A stretch of DNA of 64,000 nt from Flavobacteriales bacterium (GTDB lineage Bacteria > Bacteroidota > Bacteroidia > Flavobacteriales_D > Crocinitomicaceae), in contig CANMTO010000008.1 in the NCBI GenBank assembly GCA_947500755.1, forward strand, positions 1,380 to 65,379, written 5' to 3'. Both the position numbers and the translations under genes were made by a program. The notes under the pieces were generated by a model. That model saw only the letters and a program-made list of their open reading frames with translations. It searched no databases and was not told where the DNA came from. Positions 1 through 7,525 of the stretch are shown here, piece by piece. Numbering within the stretch: position 1 is the stretch's first letter; each line of letters starts with the position of its first letter.

Positions 1-3000
1 TAAAAGACGCTCCTGTACCTACCTGCGTAGAACCATTCGCGTTTGAATACCAATAAAAAGTATTTCCACCACCACCGTTTGCATTCAGCACCACAGTTTG
101 ACCGCAGTTTATAGCTGCCGGAACGGCGGCTGAAGGAGCTGCCGGTAAATTTACACTAACGGCAACCGGAATTAGGTTTGATGAACATGGGGTACTCATT
201 TGAGTGATCGTAACCAAGCCATGACCGGTTCTAATACCTCCAACAATTAATGGATTCGTACCAGAGTTGAACGATCCACCTCCACCACCGCTACCGGTGT
301 TGTTATCATGGTATCCTCCAGCACCGCCTGAATAACCGCCGCCACCGCCGCCGCCGCCAGTGTTACCATGGGTACCACCACCGCCACCAAAACCACCAAT
401 ACAGGTAGCATTTGATCCATGGTTACCGCCATTACCGCCATTAATAAAGGATAGACCTCCTGTACCGTAAGATCCGCTACCACCGTTAGAGGACAATCCT
501 CCACCGCCAGAAGCACCACTGTTGTTACAGCCGTTTCCTCCGTTTCCTCCGGCACCGCCGGTCGTACAACCAGAAGCTTGTCCGTTGTTCGCAGTAACCG
601 CATGCGCATTGTGAAGAAGTGAACTTGTAGAATACTGTCCACCGCCACCGCCGGCAACAAGAAGCGGAACATTGGCAGAAGTTGTAACGAAGGATCCACC
701 TCCACCACTACCAGAAGTTGATACACCCCCTTGTTGTCCAACTAAGATTTTAATTTGCTGACCCGCTGTCAATTGGAAGTCGCCTCGTATTTGGGCACCT
801 CGACCGAATTGATTAGCTCCACCGCCTTGAGCACCGAAGGCTTCAATTCGGTAGGTTGCGGTTGTTGGAACGGTCCAAAGCTGAATACCACTTGAAGATG
901 TTACTAAACCCGCCAAATTTGTGGCTGTATAAGCCGAATTTACCTGAGCTTGAGTTGGACCAAACTGTCCAGTTGCAGAGCAGTTAGTAAATGTGTAGGT
1001 TGTACCAGCACCCATACCCGTGGTTGAAGCCACGTAATAGGTAGTAGCACTTGATAGCGCAGGCGTAGTCCATGGACTTCCTGTTCCTACAATGGTAGAT
1101 CCTGCTGCGTTTGAAAACCACGTAATCGTATTACCACCTCCTCCAGCTGCAGAAAGTACTGTTGTTTGACCGCAGTTTATGTTTACGTTCGGGTTAGCTA
1201 CAGAAGGACTAGCAAGCGGATTAACCGTAACTACAACCGGGTTAATGGCTGTTGCACAAGCACCGGCACCGGCACCCACATAATAAGTCGTTGTACCTGA
1301 AAGTTGAGGAGTCGTATAACTTGCTCCTGCTACCAATAAGGTTGAACCGTTGGCATTACTGTACCAATTAATTGCACCAAGATTGTTGGATGCAGTAATT
1401 GTAGTCGTTTGACCGCAATTTATCGTTACGTTGTTGGCCGTTGGTGCGGTTAATGCATTTACGGTTACCGCAACCGGTATTAATGAAGAAACACAAACCG
1501 CGGAATTCCAACTGATAGTAACTAATCCATTTCCTGTTTTAAAGCCCTGTGTATGGGTTATAGCAGAAGCTGTTGCATCAGTAAAACTTGAACCGCCACC
1601 GCCGCCGCCGCCGCCATATCCAGAACCACCACCATAATAACCACCACCACCACTACCGGCATAATATCCAGAACCACCACCGTTTCCAAGGGAACCTGCC
1701 GGACCACCTTGAGAGGCTCCAGCGCCTCCAGCAGCTTGAGTTCCTCCTTGACCGCAGTAGGTTGGATTAAGTGAATTATTAGTATATCCTCCACCACCAA
1801 TTAATCCTCCACCGAGGCCACCATGATCGTTTGTCCAGTTCCAATAATATCCTGCACCACCACCACCACCGGCGACTATTTTTCTATCCACTAAGGCAAC
1901 ACCACCGATTCTAACATCGGTAGCACCTCCACCACCAGCAACACAGCCACATCCATAAGGCACGCCTCCACCATTCCAACCTCCAAGAGACATGGTGCCT
2001 TGACCACCTACATTCACATATACTGTTTGCCCCGGTGCTACAGAGATGGTTGCTTGAACGCGACCACCATTACCACCCGTACCATAACTTGAAGTACCAC
2101 CTTGCGCTCCTTGCGCGTCAACCGTAATAGAAGTTACACCTGCCGGTACCGTCCATGTTTGCTGAGCCCCAGTGTAATTAAATGATTGAGTCCCTGGCGT
2201 TGTACTAACAGAAGAAACATAATATGTTGTTGCTGAGGTTAAGGCAGGAGTAGTATAATTAGCTCCCGAACCAACTGCGCCAGTTCCATTTGAATTGGTA
2301 TACCACAGATAAGAATTACCTGCACCATTAGATGCTGTTAAATTTGCTGTGGTACCACAACCAACAACTGCAGCATTTGCTGTTGGAGCCGCTAATGCGC
2401 TTACGGTAATTGGAACAGCCACGGGTTGAGAAGCACAACCGATACTGTTCCATGAAATGGTAACAATTCCGTTTCCTGTTTTAAATCCTTGAGTATTGGT
2501 AACACTAGTTGATTGATTATTTGTGAAGCTAGAGCCACCGCCACCGCCACCGCCGTAATATCCTGAACCACCGCCGTAGTAACCACCGCCACCACTTCCT
2601 GCGTAGTATGCAGATCCTCCACCGGTGCCGAGTGTACCTGCTGGCGCACCGAATCCAGAAGCCCCTGCTCCACCCGCAGCCTGAGTTCCACCCTGACCGC
2701 AATACGTTGCGTTGTAGTTATTATTTGCTTTTCCTGCTTCTCCAGTTAAACCACCGCCGTTTCCGCCGTGATCATTGTTCCAGTTCCAATAGTATCCTGC
2801 ACCGCCACCACCACCGGCAACAATGGCACGGTTGGCCAATGCATTTCCACCAATACGAATGTCTGAGGCACCACCACCACCACCAACACAACCGCATCCG
2901 TAAGGTGTTCCGCCACCGTTCCAACCACCAGTTGAATAATTACCTTGGCCACCAACATTGACAATAATTGTTGCACCTGGAGATACAGGTATTGTTGCTT

Positions 3001-5020
3001 GGGTTCTTCCACCGAGTCCGGCTGTACCGTAACTGGTCTGACCTCCTTGAGCTCCCTGCACATCTACATTAATTGAAGTAACTCCTGCGGGAACTGTCCA
3101 CGTTTGTTGTGCGCCTGTGAAATTAAAGGTTTGACTTCCTTGGTTCACATTTGCTTGAACCGCATAAATGGTAGTTCCTGCGGCCAACGAAGGCGTTGTA
3201 TATGTTGAACCTGTACCCAATAGGTTGCCCCCTGCTGCGGCAGTGTACCAAGCCGTGTTGTTTCCAGAAGAAGACGTTAACGTGGTAGTTCCCCCGCAGC
3301 TTATTGCGGTAGTCCCTGTAATTACAGGCTGTGATACGTTCGAGTTTACGGTAACGGGCACCGCAACAATATTTGAAAGACAAGCCCCTTGACCTGCAGT
3401 TGTTGCAGCCACTTGTGTTAAAAATGTGGTTGCTATGTTGGTTGCCGTATTGTCGTCAATATAACCACCACTTGATGCGGCATATAATAAATAGTAAAGT
3501 CGAGTTGTCCCGGAAAGACCAGAAATATCATGTTGCGTATTATCTGTATTGGTTGCCCACGTATGTGTTGCTCCTGCATTATTTGGAATAATAACCATTT
3601 GGTTGATAGATGGGTCTCCAGCACTATATACACGCTTTAACATTACCTTATAAGTCTGGCATCCTACTGTTACAGATAGTGTGGTTCCATTGTACGTTCC
3701 AGAACCATCTGCCCCGTTATTTCCTGAAATGTTAAATGTAGAGATGTTGTTGACATCAGCTGCCAAAACCCACATGTTATTAATTTTTCTCGTAAAGTAC
3801 TGCCCCCCTGCACCAAAAATATTGGAGTTCGCAATGGCATTATCCGAATATGTAAGGTTGTTCCCGAGGTTTGTTCCGATGTAGTTACCTCCATCGTACA
3901 TGTCATTTCCTCCATCACTGATGTAGGTACTGTTCAATCCGTTTGGACCATCCATGGTAAAATTATAACCATTGGGAACCGCTGCGCTTATTGCTCCTGC
4001 ATTTGAGTTTAGTGAACTCAATATGTTTGCTAAAGAAGCGGCACTACATCCTGCTTGTCCAGAAGTTGTGCGCACATAATAAATGGTATTCCCTACAAGG
4101 GCTGGCGTAGTAAAAGAAGCTCCTGTTCCAACTTGTTGCGTCGCTGCCGCATCTGAATACCACACGTAAGTACCTGCACTTCCAGAAGCAGTAAGGGTAG
4201 CTGTATTACCGCAATTGATACTTACAGGGTTCGCTGTTGGAGAAGGCAAGGGATTCACTGTAATAGGAACCGCTACAACGGGTGAGGTGCATGGTATATT
4301 TTGATAAGTTACCGTAACTCGCGCATACAATCCATTCAAAGAACCATGGCCATTGAAAAAACCTAAACACGTACTTACTGGAATTCGAAATTGATTTGCC
4401 CCGGCGACCACATACTGGTTCGGCTGAAAGTTAAAGGTAAAAATATTATTGTTAGACCCACAACAATTACAATGGTAGGCAGGTGTGAAGGGGGTGCCGT
4501 TATTATTATTCAATTGCGGGGTTAGTGCTTGGCCGTTGTGACATTGTACACCCACGCTAATCTGTATTTGAACAGTTGCAATTTGGGTTCCTGCTGCTAA
4601 ATTGTCATTCCAATTGAATCCCACAGACCCCCCGCAACCATAGTAAGACGATGCACCCCCACAACAGTTGTTTGGAACATTTACCAATTGGCCATAAGTT
4701 GAAATATTATAGGTTTGAGTACCCGCCTGAGCTGCTCCTGCTGCACCGCGCAGATACATAGTTGTATTTGAGGTTAAGGCTGGAGTGGTATATGAGGCTC
4801 CTGTACCGACCATGTTGGTGCCTGCCGCATCGCTGTACCATATATAGTTAGGAGAGCCCGTTGCAGATAGTGTCGCTGTTGCGCCACAATTTATCGCAAC
4901 CGCATTCGACGTAGGCGTTGGAGGCGGGCATTGCCCAAATACAAAAACCATTGCAAAGATTGCAAAGGCCGTAAATCCAAATCGCAGAAAAAGCTTTGAA
5001 GAGTGTAGAAGAGTAGTCAT
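1..5020 (-). CDS. Giant secreted multidomain surface protein, 3' end beyond the window (signal peptide; at least 7 Ig-like INCG modules; Cys-rich module; unassigned module; three glycine-rich Gly_rich/ALK-LTK-type domains)
   Basis: Absent from the ORF track because it has no in-window stop. Hand translation of the minus strand from ATG 5020-5018 gives [55 protein letters not shown]... I re-verified the same frame at 4561-5020, 3841-4080, 3061-3180, 2441-2500, 2161-2200, 1501-1560, 600-1020 and 1-260. It is still open at base 1 (...[38 protein letters not shown]). All track ORFs at 247-3918 lie in other frames or on the other strand. Confidence 0.85.
   Translation of the reverse strand, partial: [1673 protein letters not shown]
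1508..3133 (-). repeat. Intragenic tandem duplication: two glycine-rich domains of about 228 aa (2450-3133 and 1508-2188) separated by an Ig-like spacer
   Basis: [31 protein letters not shown]...[13 protein letters not shown] compared with [31 protein letters not shown]...[13 protein letters not shown]. The nucleotide copies differ mainly at third codon positions. Confidence 0.8.
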
Positions 5021-5070
5021 AGTATAAAAGTTTTATCAGGTTAAATTTATAAATTCTTAATTAAAAAAAT

Positions 5071-5078
5071 CAAATGTA
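5071..5078 (-). promoter_or_regulatory. Candidate Bacteroidota sigma-A -7 box (TAcaTTTG) upstream of the giant gene
   Basis: The minus strand reads ...ATACATTTGATT..., an exact match to TAnnTTTG about 50 nt upstream of ATG 5020. I found no well-spaced -33 TTG. Confidence 0.25.
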
Positions 5079-5122
5079 TTGTGTTATCAATTTAAGAATT
5101 TAAACAGAATGCTCTTTGTTTT

Positions 5123-5151
5123 GAATATTCAATGGACGACATCGAATATTC
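5123..5151. promoter_or_regulatory. Two copies of the 8-bp palindrome GAATATTC spaced 21 bp centre to centre (candidate operator)
   Basis: GAATATTC(A) occurs at 5123-5130 and 5144-5151, in the 323-nt spacer between the S8 peptidase gene and the giant gene. Confidence 0.25.
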
Positions 5152-5343
5152 ATTGAGAAAGAATGAACGTAAAAAACGCTCAATCTTGCTTTTTTTCTTC
5201 ACGATCGCGAAAAAAGGGGGTAGATTTAGTAGCATAAGGTAGGTTTAGGTGATTCAAAAGTAGTAGTATTTCTAATTCAAGTTATATCATTAAATTCCAT
5301 GTATTTAATTTACGTGTAATTACGTATTTAATACTGCGTGTTT

Positions 5344-7434
5344 CTAATTAACTACGAACGGTAGTATACTATGTTTTTTAGTACTGGTTGAAACGAATTG
5401 TGCGAGGTATTTCCCACTGGCTAATGGAAGGCTTAGTGATTGGCTTCCTTCTAAAGCTACATCAAACACTACGCGGCCTTGCGCGTCAAAAATACGTGTT
5501 TGAAAAATTTCATCTGTTGGAAGGGAAACATTGAACGATCCACTGTTAGGATTTGGATATAGGCTAAACACCATGTTATCTATGCTCGGTGCCTCTGCAT
5601 TCATAAGATTTTGTACCTGAAAGGAGTCAAGCATTTGACAGCCGTTGGCATCGGTAATGAGCACCTCATAGAAACCCGAGCCCAGCGAAGTTAAATCCTC
5701 AGATGCGTCATTGGTATTCCAAAGATACATATAGGGTGCTACTCCCCCTTGGGCTGTTAGATCAATCGCCCCATTGTTTAAGACCGTTTCATCCGTAACA
5801 AATCCAGTAGCCACGATCGCTGAAGGAGCAATCAAGTTAAAGGCTTGTTGAATTGAACATCCATTTCCAAAAGAAAGCGTTGCTAAATATGTACCAGCTC
5901 CCAAGCCACTGAGTTGGGTTCCAACACTTCCCTCTGACCAAAGCACCGAGGTGGCTGTATTATTTGTAACATTCAACTGTATTCCCCCATTGTATGAATC
6001 AGCGCACAAGGGATCTGCTTGAATAACGGTGTAGGTTGGAGGAATCACATCATATACAAAAACAGCGGTATCTAAACGACATCCGTGCGTTCCCTCAATG
6101 TGTACCGTATACGTGTTCGTGGTAAGACTAGGATTAAATACACCCGTTACGTTATTCCCCCAGGTTACATCAAACGGAGCTTGTGCTCCCTGTATTAATA
6201 AGGTTGCTGACGCATCTTGGATATAGCAAGAATCGGTCAACAAAAAGGCAGGGACAATCGGGTTCCAAGTATTTGAGGCAGCCAACACCGCTTGAAAGGC
6301 ATCTAACCTACCCGCACCAAGTTTACCTGCATACGTTGGGTTTAAAGAATTTAGAGGAGCTGCCGTACTTTTAAGTATTTGCTCAATTTGAATGTTTGAG
6401 ATGCATTTATTGGCTGATAGCATTAATGCCACTGTTCCACTTACATAAGCGGCCGCGAACGAGGTTCCGTTCATATTCAGAAACCATCCACTTGCTGGAG
6501 ATACCGCAACACCGTAACCGGGCGCAGCTAAATCTACTGAATCATTATGGTTATGTGTCGAGGTTGGATCACCCGCCCACTGCTCGTGATTGTCTGTAGC
6601 ACCTACCGAGGTAACGGAGAAGACATGATTGTAAGAAGCTGGGTAAACAAGCGCATCTGGTAAGCCACACGTATTTCCATTTCCGGCTGAAGCTACAATA
6701 AAGGAACCGTTAGCGGCAGCCTCTTCGATTACATCCTGTTCCAATTGACTGAAGAAGCACCCGCTGCTCCAACTGATGTTAATAACATCGGCGCCCGCGT
6801 AACTTGCCGCCAAGACCTCATTAAAATTCATTTTATAGAGGGCAAGGCTTGTATTGAAGCCAATAGAACTTAGACCATAGCCATTGTTCGTTTTACCAGC
6901 GGCAGTGATTGCAACAGCTGTTCCATGCGTAGTGGTTAAATTGTTATTGACGTCGTAGTAAATATATTTCCCTTCTAGGTCCTGGTGATTCACATCGAAA
7001 TTTTGATCGCACACAGCAATCACCACTTGATTATCGCCTTGGGTTAGATCCCATGCTTGAGGCGCATTGATCAGGGTTAACGCATAATCAGAAATTCCCG
7101 CTTGACTGTTTAAATCATTTGGGACGTATAAAGGGGTGTATTCAGGGCCTCGTTCGATGCTGTAAATTTTACTTCCTAAAGAAGCACACGCCTCTTTAAA
7201 TTGCAGAAGATCGCACTTCCCGTTAACTTCATACACTTTTTGAAGTTCGGGATTTCTACTTGCACTGAGTGCTTTTACAGGGGTAGTCAATTCAAATCGA
7301 TTGCTTAGGGCACTCCACGCAGTTGAACTAAAGACCGAAGGTTCAGCTTTAAACCAAAAGGTAGATTGTTGAGAGAAAGCGACAGAAATCGAACAGACAA
7401 TGAAAATTGTTTTAAGGAAAGATAAGCAGTTCAT
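5344..7434 (-). CDS. S8 (subtilisin-family) serine peptidase with SprB-like repeats and a T9SS type A C-terminal sorting domain
   Basis: Triad contexts are VIAVCDQNFD (Asp), HGTAVA (His) and GTSFAAAYVSGTVAL (Ser). The signal peptide MNCLSFLKTIFIVCSISVAFSQQ starts at the internal ATG 7434 (the ORF extends to 7473). The C-terminal tail is SLYPNPNSGSFNVSL...GKYLAQFVS. Confidence 0.9.
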   Translation of the reverse strand: MNCLSFLKTIFIVCSISVAFSQQSTFWFKAEPSVFSSTAWSALSNRFELTTPVKALSASRNPELQKVYEVNGKCDLLQFKEACASLGSKIYSIERGPEYTPLYVPNDLNSQAGISDYALTLINAPQAWDLTQGDNQVVIAVCDQNFDVNHQDLEGKYIYYDVNNNLTTTHGTAVAITAAGKTNNGYGLSSIGFNTSLALYKMNFNEVLAASYAGADVINISWSSGCFFSQLEQDVIEEAAANGSFIVASAGNGNTCGLPDALVYPASYNHVFSVTSVGATDNHEQWAGDPTSTHNHNDSVDLAAPGYGVAVSPASGWFLNMNGTSFAAAYVSGTVALMLSANKCISNIQIEQILKSTAAPLNSLNPTYAGKLGAGRLDAFQAVLAASNTWNPIVPAFLLTDSCYIQDASATLLIQGAQAPFDVTWGNNVTGVFNPSLTTNTYTVHIEGTHGCRLDTAVFVYDVIPPTYTVIQADPLCADSYNGGIQLNVTNNTATSVLWSEGSVGTQLSGLGAGTYLATLSFGNGCSIQQAFNLIAPSAIVATGFVTDETVLNNGAIDLTAQGGVAPYMYLWNTNDASEDLTSLGSGFYEVLITDANGCQMLDSFQVQNLMNAEAPSIDNMVFSLYPNPNSGSFNVSLPTDEIFQTRIFDAQGRVVFDVALEGSQSLSLPLASGKYLAQFVSTSTKKHSILPFVVN

Positions 7435-7525
7435 AGCGTAAGGTTTTGTGTTGTTTTGCCCGAAGGCGAACACGCTTACGCAACTGGTTCGGAGAAGGTT
7501 ACAAAAAATTAAATCAGATTACCTA

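Noticed and set aside
1601-1615. (GCC)5 trinucleotide run, a possible phase-variation (contingency) tract
   Set aside because: It is in frame (encoding a Gly run), short, and flanked by mixed GGN codons. Slippage would only change the Gly count and could not switch the gene off.
247-3918. About 15 track ORFs on both strands with His-, Pro-, Val- or Arg-rich translations (for example 1431-1637 ending PPPPPPPPPYPEPPP, and 1588-1770, which is HHHNNHHHH-rich)
   Set aside because: All are out of frame or antisense to the long minus-strand ORF 1-5020. Their odd composition is what GGN/ACN-rich coding DNA gives in the other frames. None has independent support.
5281-5343. TACGTGTAATTACGTA-like near-palindrome just downstream of the S8 peptidase stop, as a possible terminator
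   Set aside because: The stem is AT-rich and imperfect and has no following T-tract on the minus strand, so it does not support a Rho-independent terminator.
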